In this document: positions 49,931-63,612 of the stretch, piece after piece
Layout of the letters: each line of letters opens with the position of its first letter
Numbering within the stretch: position 1 is the first letter of the stretch
Source: Bugula neritina
Taxonomy: Eukaryota; Animalia; Bryozoa
Assembly (NCBI GenBank): GCA_964035545.1
Contig: OZ037769.1
Span: 6,863,929-6,927,928, forward strand
Direction: 5' to 3'
DNA length: 64,000 nt
Translations under genes and position numbers: made by a program
The notes under the pieces: generated by a model
Seen by the model: the letters and a program-made list of their open reading frames with translations, nothing else
Databases searched by the model: none
Told to the model about the DNA's origin: nothing

Positions 49931-51828
49931 AATTTCCTCCTTATGGTTAGATGGTTCATCACAAGTTACTTGTGTAAACAAATAAGTTCATGAGCATCTC
50001 ATTCCCTATTGGAAACTAGTATCAGTCACATGTTAACCAAGATTTAAATTATTAAAAACTGAGACCACAACTCCTATTAAAACAGAAATTTTGAAATCAC
50101 TCACTATATACTAAAAAGAAATGATTTGCTTGAATTCAATTAATACTATCAAGTAATCTACGTCTTCTAAATTTGTTAAGGTAATTTACATACATTTATG
50201 TACAAGGTCCCCATCTGAAGGCTAATCAATAATAACAGTACATGACTATTGGGGCTATGACATCATCCTAAGTATGATAAATACCTACTATTAGTAATAT
50301 TATAATTTAATTGTAAAAATAATTTGCAAGGTCACTTTTACTGTTGCTTCAAGTGGAGTAGCAAAGCTGGTTGGATGTATAACAAAGTGTTGGGAATGAA
50401 AGTATGCATAAATTTGGAAAAGAAATTGGGGAAGAAATTGAATGTATGTATGTGACAAGAGATTGCACAAAACCAGTAGCAGTAGAGGGAGTAACTCTTA
50501 CAAGATTAAACCAGGAAGGTAGTCCTGGCTGTTCATAGTTCTATCTTCTTTGTGTTATATTTTCAGCTTGTTTTTTTTCTACTTGTTGGCTATACATAAA
50601 ATAAATATAATACTATGGTATGTAGACAAAGAAGAGCAAAAACAGGTTTATGATTGTACACAACTTTTCCAGGTTTACAGATCTGTACATAATTTATTTT
50701 GGTAGTATTAATTTGATTAGCGTGACTTCTGTTTAGTCTACTGTCATTCCTTATATATTTTGTGAGTATCTGTTATATATTGGTTGAATGTTGTGCATTG
50801 CCAATGTATTTTTAAGTGCATTATCTGTATCTGCTGTGTATAAATACTTAAATGTACTTCATTTTAGAATACAAAAAGTCAGTTAATAAAGTTATCTCTA
50901 AATTAGCTGCCCACTGCTAAAGAAACTATGGATTGTTTTCTGGTACAAGTATGTGATTGGTATTGAAACTATTTTCTTCTTCAAATCTCCCCAAGCTCAG
51001 CTGCTAAAAGCAAATATTAAGAATAAAGTAGTTTTCCAACTCCCATGGTATGCAAGACTGCTTATTAGTAGAAATATAAAAATGGGTTCAATACAAAGTG
51101 CACGGGTCTACGATTTTATTCTAGATAAGTCTTCACTTGACACCGAAATCGATTGATTTGGGAAGTGGGAATGGCGCTATATAACAACAACCTCACTTGG
51201 TATAAGTTAATTTCGGAAGCTAAAAAGTAAATCGCTAAGAAATAACTCAAGAGGCTGCAAACCAATAAAAATCACATCAATATTCAAATTAGATTTTGAG
51301 ACGGCTCTCGCACTAAACCTTTTATTTTCTGAGCAGCTGTGGCTATGAAAAACTCGCATGACAAGGAAAATATAATTTATAGAGGTGGTGTGGCTAATCT
51401 TAAGGTAAGTATGAGAAAATATTAGTTAATTGCAAACTGCCACGTAAAATAACTGCAATAGTTATTTATGTATAGTAATAATTGTAACAGTTATAAATAG
51501 CAATTACTGTAATAGATATAGTTATAAAAATGACATATATAGTAAAAACTCTAATAATTACATATAATGCAGTCATTCAACTTATTTGAGTTATTTTATT
51601 ATTAAAATTCTAATCAGCTGAAGCAGTATAAACAATAAACCGTATTGTTTATTGATGTATGTGTTATTGTGTTTGGAGTCAAGCACCTTCTTTAACTGTG
51701 AAAGTCATTAGTTTTAAAGTCAGCATGCATTATCACCTTGTATCAAAAGTGATAATTAAACTTTTTCAGAAAAGCAATTTTTTAGTTATTATTTTAGTTT
51801 AAGTCAAGTAGAAGCTAGTGAGAAAGCA

Positions 51829-54800
51829 ATGGAGACAGACGACCTGCTAGATCTCAACTACACAACATCCCCAATACTGTCAGACCTGGGAAGTCAGAGT
51901 ATTGGACTGTTAACTGTACTGATTCTAATCTGTACTGCAACAATACTAGGCAATCTCTCAGTCATCATAGCAATCAGGGTCAACAGGAAGTTAAGAGCTA
52001 GACCCACGTACCACTTTATACAAAGCTTAGCAACGGCAGACCTGGCGTTAGGAATCTTTGTACTGCCTTTCAGCATAAGTCTACAGATTCAACAACAATG
52101 GCTTTTCGGAGAATTATTGTGTAGCGTGTGGGCTGCAAGCGACGTACTGTGCTGTACCGCATCAATACTAAGTCTATGTGCCATCAGTTTGGAGCGCTAC
52201 CTTGGCGTCACGCAACCTCTTAAGCACAGGGTAGGGTCACAAGTATTGAGTAAAATATCAAAATTTTGTCTGTTATGGAGGTTATAAGGTGAAGTAATCC
52301 TAAATTATTCAGACAAGAAAATAACTGCATATTAAATAGGCAATGCAATATTTTCACATTATTTTAACAATGCAATAGTTTCAGATTATATAGTTGTTTT
52401 AATTTTTCCACTTACTAAAAAGGTTTTTCTGGTTTGAGTTTATTAATCAGCTCATTATGCTATATATAAACATTATTTTAAAGTATGGACTACATAACAT
52501 TTAGCATGATAACTTACTAATACACTGCTCAAATATTTCAGTATATGAAGTTTACTTTATGTGCTTTATACTGAACTGATTTGAGAGTAACAGAGCATAA
52601 GCCTAGTGTCATTTGGCTGCAGTGATAGAGTACAAACTGCACAGTAGAAGTACAGCACAGTAGTACCACAGTACAGTGGTACAACAGTATAGTGGTATTA
52701 TAGAACAGTGGTACTACAGTACAGTGTGTACTAAATTACAATGGTACCACAGTATGGTGGTACTACAGTACAGTGGAACTACAATACAGTGGTACTACGG
52801 TAGAGTGGTACTATAGTACAGTGGTACTACAGTAATGGAGTAATAAAATATGCATTACAACTTTGCATTTTATTGTGTAAATAGGATTATATTATTTTTC
52901 ATGCAATTTTTATGACATTAAAAATCTGGTTTACTATGCTGCCTTGACGCAAAGCAATGTCGAAATTAGAAAAAAAATGTGTTGTTTTTAAATATATGTA
53001 TAAAAATTATATGTATAAAAACCATTTGCTAGCACTAGGGCAATCGAATAGACCATGTAAATTTGGTACATTTACTACCTTGTACCAATTCTAGAATACT
53101 CACCACTATAACTTATATACACTTCTGCAAGTTCAAATGCAAAATGAGTACTTCTAAAAAATAGCTGTGCAACTTTTATTAAATGCATTATTTCATTTCA
53201 TATTATAAATTTATAAATCATGAGTTCATTTTTCAAAATGTTTAAATTAAGTGATCAAAAAATGCATTTAAAAATGCATTCCTGCACAAATACCCTAGAG
53301 CAGTGTGACCACAACCCCAGCTGTTTTGGTAAAACACATTAAATGGTTTTTTTATTGACATAGTGGTGAATGAGCCAGTTGTTTTTGGCAGTTGGGTAGA
53401 CTTGAACCCCAGCAGCTTTTATGCAATTCTGATTGGCAGGATTTTACACAATCACACAGTTGATTTAAGGTCACAACATTCCATATTCAAGCACTGTTTT
53501 ATGTTATATATAAATGGTTTCTAGGGGATAGCTCGAACAATTATTGTCTCACTCTAACAAACTATACATGAAAATGTAGCTTTTGAATTCCTCTTTTATA
53601 TACTTTTCCGGTTATTCAAACAAATTTTTTAAAAATTTCTTACATAATAAGTAAAATTTTACACCCTCCATGTTCCACTGCTACAGCATAGGGGATTGAT
53701 CTTATTAAGTCTAAAATCTAAACTTGACGTTTCTTGATCTGTGTTCTCTTATATACTTTTTATGCTCATCACAATTTGGTAAAAACTTCAAGTCTTTTGC
53801 AAGTTTTGTAGTATTTGCCTAGTCTGAACTTTTGTTGTGTTTGGCTACACCCCTGTGATTTTTTATGACTTTCCCAGTACATTAGCTGCTCTGCTTTGTC
53901 ACAATAACATGGTACCCTCTCGCACTTATTGACAGTTTGCTGTATTCCTACTTATCGTTTTTGGAGGTTTGCCAAGTTATCTTGTTACTGCCAGCTATTC
54001 ATATATTATACTGATGCACTTGGTAGTTGGTAGTAGATTTGCTGATCATGTAATTTAATGTAGTTCCAACACATTTTGTTTTAAGATTACAACCTATTTT
54101 CTAGGTTTACCCAACTAACCCTGAAATGATCTACAGTCTAGACTAATTTTAGTAATGTAAAGGTGCATTTTGAATACTCAGGTTAATAACATTTATTTGT
54201 ACAATAGTAATTACAATATATAATAATAATATAACACATATTGATGTATATAATACATATCAAACAAAGCATATAAGTTTCCATATCTTTTTAGCTGAGG
54301 TTCCAAGAAATTTTAACAGACCTGTGGCTAAAGCAGTTTTAGTAAGCTAAAGATTTAAAACTTATGTCAAAAAGTTATGATGAGAAAATAGAAGTAGCTG
54401 AGTAAATGGATCTTTAAGCAGCTCCAAGTTGGTGATGAATGAGTGCAGTAGTTTGAAGGGTATCCAGTATGAAGTTGGGGACATTACTTCAAATGTCAGC
54501 CCCCCCCCCCCCCGAACTAAATTCGTCCTTCACCACCAAATCGAAGCTTCTTATAGAACAATTTTAGTTGAACAGCAAGTTGGAGTAGATTAGGTTCCTA
54601 GAACATGACATCTTGATTCAACAATTGTTATGTTTAGAATAACCATCCTAGGAATATAAGATAGGCTTTTTAGCAATTGTAGACATTGAGCTAGTAGCAC
54701 TGGCACATGTAATCAAAAGCATAGTTAGGACACCAAAATGCACTCAAATACAGTATATGGCACACAACAATAAGTCAGGAGTGTATAAGTTTGAAATAAT

Positions 54801-57800
54801 ATGGAAGGGGGAGATCATGACCAAGATTTTTCTATTATGTAGGATATATCTGTCCAGTTTGATGATCTAAACATTGATGCACGTGTGTGACATTGAAACA
54901 TTCATTTGATCACTAAAGTAATGTAAAATAGTTACCTAAATTGACCAATAAAAATATACATTAAGCAATAAGTTTGCTATTATACTTGCAACAAGTATTA
55001 TTAGTGAATAATAAATAAAACGCGCTGTCAGTTTTTTGTGTCAGCAGGTTTTACCTGAAATGGGTTAATTTAGGACCCTCTGCCCGATATTCTGGTTCAT
55101 CTGATCCATCTAACAATGATATTGCTAAATCATGAACTTTGTAACAGATGTTCGGTCCATGCTCAATGTAGTCAGCTATCCTGCCAAGATGTACAACTGC
55201 AGCAATAGGGCAATCTTGAAATAATTGATCCTTTATTATCGTTTTTCTTCCCAAATATATTCCTCTTGCTGCTTTGGAAACTAATGACTTTTCAGCAAGC
55301 ACTTTGAGAAGATTATAATTAGTATTATGGTAGTTCGTCTCACTCTTTTTTCTCTGCATGGGAATTCTAAATAGGCAATTGGTTATCAAAAAGCTTGCTC
55401 TGCCATTAAGTGTATTCAGTGAGCTGCCTGTAAAACAAAGAGTGATAGTCCGATTTTCTACAAATACATTGATACAATACAATAATTTTGAGAGTCATAA
55501 TGAATAATAATAGCAAACCTTATTTTGTTGAAATGTCTCTCTGCTTGCTCAGCAACAATTGATTGCCCATTTATTAACCGGAGCATTTCTGGCAGATGCA
55601 AAACAGTTGAATGGAAAGGCATCCCAAATAGCGATATTTGGCTGCTGCTCAATGAAGAGTTTTCAGAGAAGAGAGATATGTATGTTGTGGCAAAAACATA
55701 GCTCTGATTGTAAGCTCTTAGAATCATTTTAGGTGTTCGTTTTTCTTCATCAGCATATGCAAGTTGCTGAAGCTCAACTAAGGCAAGTAGCATTTTCCAG
55801 ATTTTGTTGCAGTTTGCTACTTATATATGTTGTTGAAGCAGCCCGGTGACTGATTAAATTCAATCTGCAATCTCTTCCTTTCATCTCTCGATTGGCCACT
55901 ATAAACATAATATTAAAACTCTGACCAAAATTTCTTTGTCACTCAAATTACCATTGATTGATAAGGTTGGCAGCATTATACCATGTCTAATTGATTGCCC
56001 ATGTTAGTGGTAGGCTTGCAGAATACTTCTGAGCAGCAATCAAGTTTACAAGCGGTCAGTATCAATTTTCACCACACATGCTGTAGTATGTGAGTTTATA
56101 AAAATAGAGTTCACACAATTTGTGGTGTATGCACTGTTATGTTCATAAAGAACTTTTCGGTTACCTTTCAGTGTTAGCAGGATGTTTGAGATAACTCGCT
56201 TTAGATTAGAGTCTTTTGTTGCATTGCCTAGCTCTCTCATAACGTTATTGATGATGTTCTTAAAATCACGCAAAGGCTCTGCCTTACTAATTTCATACTC
56301 ATCAATCTCAATGCCCTCAGAATCATCTGTGCACAAAATAGCTGGTGGCCTTTTCATTCCTATAATATTTAAAACATAAATGCCAGAATCTCTGACTGTA
56401 TAGTTAATATTTTCATTTTCGTATAGAGCACTTGTTTTTTTTATTTATTTACCTTTTAGTTCTTCAAAAATTTTGTGTTTTAGATCTAAACTTTTCTCTT
56501 TGTATGACAGGGGAACACCTCTCGCTATCAGCTCGCTCCATACTTGGTCAGTCTGAAAATTTAAAGCCTTATGATGAGGAAAAGTGCTCAGGCAACAGTG
56601 TTTGATAATACTTATTAGCAAAGTACATTACCTTCATCACATAAAATGGCATGATATTGCTTGCTTTCAATGATGTATGCCATGTATCAGTTTTTTCGAG
56701 GTGTGCAAACCTATCACCTAAAGATTTGAATGGTCCACTGCTATTGAATGATCCCCTGTCACCAAATGTTTTGTCTTTAGCACCACAAAAGCATGGATAT
56801 GTTCCTAATCATAAAAGCAAAACATGATACACTGAATTGAAAAATCAATACATTGTAACAATTTTAGAGAAGTTCCAACTACATTTTTACAGGTCATCAT
56901 TTATAATTATCAAAGTTTTACTTGAAGTTTTACTTTTAAAACAAAATTGCCTAATTTTGACCTTATATTGATCAACTCCACATTATAACTATAGCACTTT
57001 ATTATGTTCTTCTTGATGTGCTATTGTATATACATATACAATAGCACATCAAGAAGAATATAATAAAGTGCTATACTACTATGCTTTGTAATTTAAAGTC
57101 TGATATTAATGGCTTTTGGGTGAAAAAAATGGCAGCTCAGACTCGATGCCCATTTTGCAAAATACAACCTTATGTATGGATAATATTCTGTTGGTAACAG
57201 TATTGTATGCAGTCAGTGAAATATAATGCCTTTATTACAGTTTTGGTGGGATCAGCATTTTCTCTGTAGCCATCATGTTGCATCACACAATATGAAAAAT
57301 GTCCATCAAGTCCAATGTTTAATCATCATTTATTCTAGCATATCAGAGAACCTTTGAATTTTACCCAACTGACTAAAAGATGTATTGAAAACTCATTAGC
57401 AAAATTGTTGATGGTATTGCAGTAGCTTGAGAGCTAAGTACAGATATTTCATTCAGCAATGGTTTGAGGCTGATTAGTTCAACTTGAATATCACTTCTGG
57501 ACGTGGAAAATTGCATAAAACATTACCAATAGTTAAAAGAACCTAGAGTGTAGACTATATTGTCTCAGGTCTGATGTCATTACATTCGTAGAATAATCGT
57601 GCTGTTTTGCTATGTAAATCGTATACAAGAAAGGGTTATCAATATGGTATTATATGGTGATGATACCAACTAACAATATAGACCCACATGCAAGGCACTA
57701 CATGCTGATATTCATTTTTATACATTATCTATTGCTGATATCGTTGCGATTAAACTCTTGCAGGTGAATATGTGATTGATTAAAAAAATACTGTTATACA

Positions 57801-60551
57801 AATTTAAAATAAAATAGTAGTAGTGGGTACACAAGCAAATAGTGTATGGTTAGCGTAGGTTGATGCATTTGTAATGTCCGTGTGAAATAATTTTCTAAAT
57901 TATTACAGTAAAGTAAACTGGAGCACGCATAATAATCAGACTATAAGAATGTATTTAGTAATATGCATTGATTTAAAACTAAATCATGAAATGATCATCA
58001 TTATTGCAACCTCTGTGCTTGGTAGACAGGATAGAGAGGGGTGGTGTGACTGCTGTAACTGTACTACTACTCTACATACTAACAAAGACTAGGCTAGTAT
58101 TTTCAAGTGCCTTACATAAGATATTATAATATAACTGATGAGTGTAGGGTAGCCACTGCCATTGCAGCTCAGTGACTGGGCCAGTGTGCTATGCTCTCAC
58201 TACTGCTTTACAATACAACCAAGTAACAGCACTGGTTGATTTGATGTTCTAAGGCCTAAGTGATGTCTACCTTTGATGAAATCGCCCTAGTTATAACTGC
58301 CTACATAGTTGATTACAAGCTAAGTCGGAAAACTGGCATACCAAAGTAAGCCAAAATAGTTCATTGAGCAAACAAATTTCGTAATACTAATAATTTCCTT
58401 ATACACTGAAGTGTTGTAGATGACTACAGCATAAACAGACTATAAAACTCAACCAAAAAGGGGTGTGTACCAACTCTAAAATATCACCATTATAAAATAT
58501 ATAAAACTCTACATTTTCAAATGCAAATGCATTATTAGGCCAATCAGATACAAACATCAACTGATTGTGTAAAATCCTGCCAATCAGAATTGCGTAAAAG
58601 CTGCTGGGGTTCAAGTCTACCCAACTGCCAAAAACAACTGGCTCATTCACCACTATGTCAATAAAAACAACCATTAAATGTGTTTTGCCAAAACAGCTGG
58701 GGTTGTGGTCAAACTGCTCTAGGGTATTTGTGCAGAAATACATTTTTTAAATGCATTTTTGAGCACTTAATTTAAACATTTTGAAAAATGAACTTATGAT
58801 TCATAAATTTAAGATATGAAATAAAATAATGCATGTAATAAAAGTTGCACAGCTATTTTCTAGAAGTATGCATTTTGCATTTGAACTTGCAGAAGTTTAT
58901 ATAAGTTATAGTGGTGAGTATTCTAGAATTGGTACAAGATAGTAAATGTACCAAATTTACATGGTCTACTGAGTAGTGTTTGGTGAGTAAATAGTAAAAT
59001 ATGGCTATCCAGACAATAACCACAAACAAGACATAATGCAGTATTACAGTCAGTTGGTGAAGTGTAGATATTAATCTTTTAGGGGAGAATATGGAGCAGC
59101 CTATGAATTTAGATATTCACCCCTGTTAGCAAGCAGCTAATTAGATTGATGCAAAAATAATTTCTTTAGCAACCAACCCAGTTATAATACATTTCATTTG
59201 TTTCAAGTGTCTTAAATAATGCTGATTTCCTGATAAATCAGCTTTTAAGAAACTTTTTAACAGTAACAGATGTTAAATTGGGAATTTGTACTTAGAATGT
59301 TTTTATTTTAGTCTCAGCTAACAAAGAAACGAAGTTACGGAACCATCGTTGCAATATGGCTATTTTCTCTTGTGATATCTGTAATAGGGCCTGTAGTCAA
59401 GGAAACTAAAATTGAAAATGGAAACCAGATTATGGTGAATATAAGTCAGTGCACAGTCATTAAAAAACCAGAATACGTAGTGACAAGCGTAACATTCAGC
59501 TTTTACCTTCCTGCTTTGATCATTGTAATAATATACTCCAAGATCTATCGAGAGGCAAAAAAACAAAATGAGTTTCTCAAAACTGGAATAAAAAGAATCA
59601 AAGTGAATTCAAGCAACCACCCATTGTTGATGCGAGTCCACTCCCGTAGAAAAATCACAGTTCCTACTCAATCACAAGATGCCAACACCATAGCAACTAG
59701 AACTTCACAGGAAAATGACAATACCAACCTAAACGCTGACGATGTTAAAACTGGCAAAACATCACACACCAAGTTGAGTGAGTTAATGGGCCATCTAAGA
59801 CGTCTGCACAGAGAAACGAGAGCCGCCAAAACTCTTGGGTTTGTTGTCGGAGTGTTTTTAGTTTGCTGGTTTCCATTCTTCTTGATACTTCCAATAGGTA
59901 AGAACAAAATGCCTCAGTAAAGACAACAATGCTTGTTTAACTTGACTTTTATTCTAGAACCTAGAGGGCACTGACTTATACATAGTGGCATGCCATAATT
60001 GTTTTTTTAATATATGTTTCTGATAACAAGCATGTCAGCAGCTTTACTGTGACTAATTAACACGCTATAGTGAGATTTTGTTCATGTTTCATGAGATAAA
60101 ATCTATCCTATAGTGATACAACAAACTGCTCATTAGCTACAGAATTTCAGACACTATTAAAAATTATGTCGATAAATTGGTAAAAATAAACCATAACTAA
60201 ATCTTATACTAGGGACACCAGGTACTAGTATCACCTGTTATAATTTTGCATATTTCAGATGCTCTCTGTCAAAGCTGCCAGATCTCTAAGAAGTCATTTG
60301 ACATTGCATTCTGGTTAGGGTACTGCAACTCCATGCTTAACCCTCTCATATACACGGTACGCACAAAAGAGATGAAGCATATGATAAATAAAGTGATCTG
60401 CTGTGCCCATAAACAAAACTACCCTTTATTGCTACCAACTACTGCTCATCCCAGACAAAACCAGCGACACGAAATGGTTGTGGCAAAAGAAGAGACCGGT
60501 GTTACCAACTCGATAACGGCAACTACAGAACTGTCGGGAGAGGCAATCTAG
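51829..60551 (+). CDS. Alpha1-adrenergic-like GPCR, 3 coding exons
   Basis: Exons 51829-52230, 59312-59897, 60259-60551. Motifs WAASDVLCCTASILSLCAISLERYLGV, TSVTFSFYLP, LMRVHSR, ETRAAKTLGFVVGVFLVCWFPFFLILPI and FWLGYCNSMLNPLIY resemble ADRA1; the second intron falls at the end of TM6. Confidence 0.85.
52640..52835. repeat. Degenerate 16-bp minisatellite (agtggtactacagtac)
   Basis: About 11 imperfect units. Confidence 0.8.
55075..56804 (-). pseudogene. Decayed intron-containing transposase-like gene of the long-TIR element
   Basis: Exon-like blocks 56804-56632 (GTYPCFCG), 56552-56453 (ELIARG), 56359-56165 (GMKRPPAIL...YEI..EPLRD), 55898-55519 (KGRDCRLNLI, frameshift/stop near 55820-55850, then FGMPFHSTVLHLPEMLRLINGQSIVAEQAERHFNKIR) and a further segment to about 55075. 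Confidence 0.65.
56990..57075. repeat. Near-perfect palindrome: 42-bp arms, 2-nt spacer
   Basis: tatagcactttattatgttcttcttgatgtgctattgtatat-ac-atatacaatagcacatcaagaagaatataataaagtgctata; one wobble position. Confidence 0.9.
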
Positions 60552-61150
60552 TGCTGGGTTAACTACCATATCAACATTTATCAAAGGTTACTTTATAATT
60601 ATTTTCAGAATTGCTTTTTGTGACTACATGCAGCGTCAAATGAAAGAAAAAATTTAATACAATGATATCAGTTTTGTGCAATCACTTTAAATGATAGTCA
60701 GTGAAGACTTATTTCAAAGACTTGTGCAATTATTCATGATTATTTTTGAAAAAGTGTAAACAATTCTAACATGGCAACTTCCGTATTTCAATCAGCTTTT
60801 TGTTGCAAATATATTTACTGGGGCATAAAAGGGTCAACTTCCAATAAATTTTGAAAACAAGAAATTTTATTATACAAATGATCAACTGAAGCTATTGCCA
60901 TAAGATCGAGAATGCAGGCAAATCTCCATAAAGGATATCTTCATATAGTGTTGAGAAGCATTAAATTAAAATAAAAAATATGTTTTCAACAATTGGTGAA
61001 ACATAGTTTTGAGAGGTCATAAAGATGTACAAAAAAAATAAATAATCATATGAGAATGGCTGTCATATCTATAAACACAATGGAATATCACTCACAAGTT
61101 CCCATGTTCGTCAAGCATAGAAAAAGAATGATCATGGGAAATGTTCTTCA

Positions 61151-63612
61151 TCATGGCTGTTGGTGCTTGACCAATTTCTTTCCTCTTTCCTAAATACACA
61201 AAAATCTTAGAGCTCCTCGAGCTAGAGTCTTATACAAGAATAAAAGATCGCACGCACGCACGCACAGTTGATATATTATATACATACAGCATATATTCAT
61301 TATCACTGCGTCTCCATGACTTCCACAATATGTGAATGGATGCTCTTACGAATGAATTTGTGGTTGTGGGTTTCCATTAACTTATGGTTGCGGCTTGTAT
61401 GAACTTAAGGTTGTGGTTTTATTTGGCGCCAGCATTCCAAACATCCAATGAAACGTAGTGTAACACTACGTTTCCATATTATGTGAATGGATTTTTTCAT
61501 TCGCTCCATGAAACTTGTTACATCGAATGAAACCCATCTATAAGTTAATGCAAACCACAAACCACAATTAATCCGTAGGGCACTCATTCCATTCATTCGC
61601 ATGTCATGGAAATGCAGTGTATATATGAGCATAGTCATATACCCAACAGTTGGGTGCACAGAGCTTACTGTGCTTGCTCTTCCATATGTTAAAACAACTT
61701 CTATAAACTCGAACAGCCAATTGTAATTATTTTATTATTAGGCAGCTCATAAGATTACAACTCATCAAAATGTATTTGGTATAGTCAAAAGTCAGCAGTT
61801 TTAAGAATGTCTGTTTACACTGACCATTTTTACCTTTAAACTCCAAGTGCAGTGGATATAAATAAACAAATCAATATCAACAGTAACATCAGTTGTGCAG
61901 TGTAGGTTTGTATCTAGATAGTAAGTTAACTCTAGATTAATGACTAATACCTCCAGCTGTATTGATGCTATTCTGATGCTCTCTTTCAGACTACTAATCT
62001 CCTGCTCACAACGTTCAATCTGGGCTTTTTTTGTCTGGTTTCTACTCCTGGTATTGTTAAGGATGGCCGTTGCTACAGCCATGTATTTCTCTATGTACCG
62101 TTTCATGTGTGGCTCCATATCTACACTAGGGTTACCAGAGGGCCGCCTAATTCAACACAAGGCAGATTTAATTTTAATAATGTAATGGTAAGATAAAAGT
62201 TATCAGCCTGTAATAGTATTATAATAGTTGCTCATATTGTAAGCTTCTCCCACTTATTGCATCTACATAAATACCGTGTTTTATATGATAAATCATTCAA
62301 CCTAATAAACCAGTAAATGAACCACAGCTTTATAAACGTATACAAATTAGTACAAATTACGACTATACAGATAAGAGACAACAAATTAAGACGCAGTCTG
62401 CTTATAATATTTATTTGTTGCGACACACATGCTCAACACTGAGCCATTAACTAAATCAGGTAGAGCGTTTAGTCCAAAGCAATGTGATAACAGTTTACAT
62501 TTTAAGAATCAATATAAATCTGTGAGTTAGCCTGAAGTTAGTTGTGTGCTTACCACACGGTGTCAAATGTCATTGGCTCTGAGTCTATCAACACGTTAAG
62601 TTCGTTTAAAGACTCGACTATTTCCGTGTCAAAGAAAAGATCTTGTATGGTATCCTAGAAAATATGGCATAAATAAAACTGACACAAGTTTATAGTCACT
62701 ATCTCTGTGAGAACCCCTGATGGAAAGGGTTTTTGTTAAATCAGGCTAAGGACTTATGCATATGTGGCACAGGAGCAATTATGACTGGATGTTCTTTCTA
62801 ACATCGCTTAAAGCCTTTGCTAGGGATGGAGCTCATGACCTCAGTTTACTAAACTAGTGCTTTAACCCCAAGACCACGGCTGCTCCCTAGACTATGACAT
62901 AAAAACAGATACAAAATAATGTGAAATTCTTATAATACAGAGTTAAAACAGCAGACTTGTGAATACAACTTTTCTATTTAAACAAGTTTGATAGCTCGAA
63001 ACAATGTCCTAATTTATCAGAGTCCTACTATATAATAAATGGAGAGAAACCCTGGAATAAGTTCCTTGCAAACACCAGTTTCTATACACCACATTTACTG
63101 TATAGAGTAAGCATTCTGGAGTATTTGTTTCAAACCTGCATTTTGGTAGTCAGGTCAGAAATTAGCTTTTGATGACATTCCTTTAATTTTAATGCTTGTT
63201 CACCTTTCATGTTAGGTAATTCTCGACGGAAGATGTCCAACCTGCATATAAATATGTTTCAAATAGAAACTATATAAAATTATAATGGATCAACTAACCA
63301 TTAAATCTTTGTCGGTACTTAAACACAATTTTGAAATATAATCTTCAATTTAAATATTCCGCCATACATTTTCCACAAATGAAGAAAATGCAGACAACCT
63401 ATAATAGTCACTTTGAGAGACTTATTTATCATTCTACATGCTTTTTAATTAACAATAGACAACCAACACATAGAAATGTACCTCATGGAGTATAAACACT
63501 GTGAAAGCACGTATTCAAGGTCTTCCCTCATCCTTTGAGCTAGTGGTAGTTCTTTCTCGAAATCCCCTGAATTAGGTCTCTTTGAGACTTCTGCAGGGGT
63601 CACGGACGGCAT
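61151..63612 (-). CDS. PMF1: Polyamine-modulated factor 1 / Nnf1-like MIS12 kinetochore complex subunit
   Basis: Exons 63612-63482, 63241-63204, an uncertain exon at about 63081-63029, 62654-62554, 62146-61951 and 61189-61151. IVESLNELNVLI...WRPSGNP followed by a coiled coil matches the PMF1 WRPSGxP signature; length about 180 aa. Confidence 0.65.
61304..61619. mobile_element. MITE with CACTG termini (CMC/CACTA-like)
   Basis: cactgcgtctccatgac...gtcatggaaatgcagtg with longer imperfect inner inverted repeats; TAT on both flanks; a related fragment lies near 15938-15965. Confidence 0.7.
62676..62887 (-). mobile_element. tRNA-derived SINE family A
   Basis: Full-length diverged copy in a PMF1 intron; degenerate TSD taga..tatg.cataaa. 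Confidence 0.85.

Larger units (their letters stand above)
53049..58968 (-). mobile_element. 5.9-kb DNA transposon with ~400-bp TIRs in intron 1 of the alpha1-like GPCR
   Basis: 53049-~53453 (TAGACCATGTAAATTTGGTACATTTACTA...) is the imperfect reverse complement of ~58562-58968 (...TAGTAAATGTACCAAATTTACATGGTCTA). Internal minus-strand coding remnants are present. Confidence 0.9.

Noticed and set aside
58399-58743. 114-aa minus-strand ORF
   Set aside because: Lies largely in the right TIR of the transposon and has no protein features.
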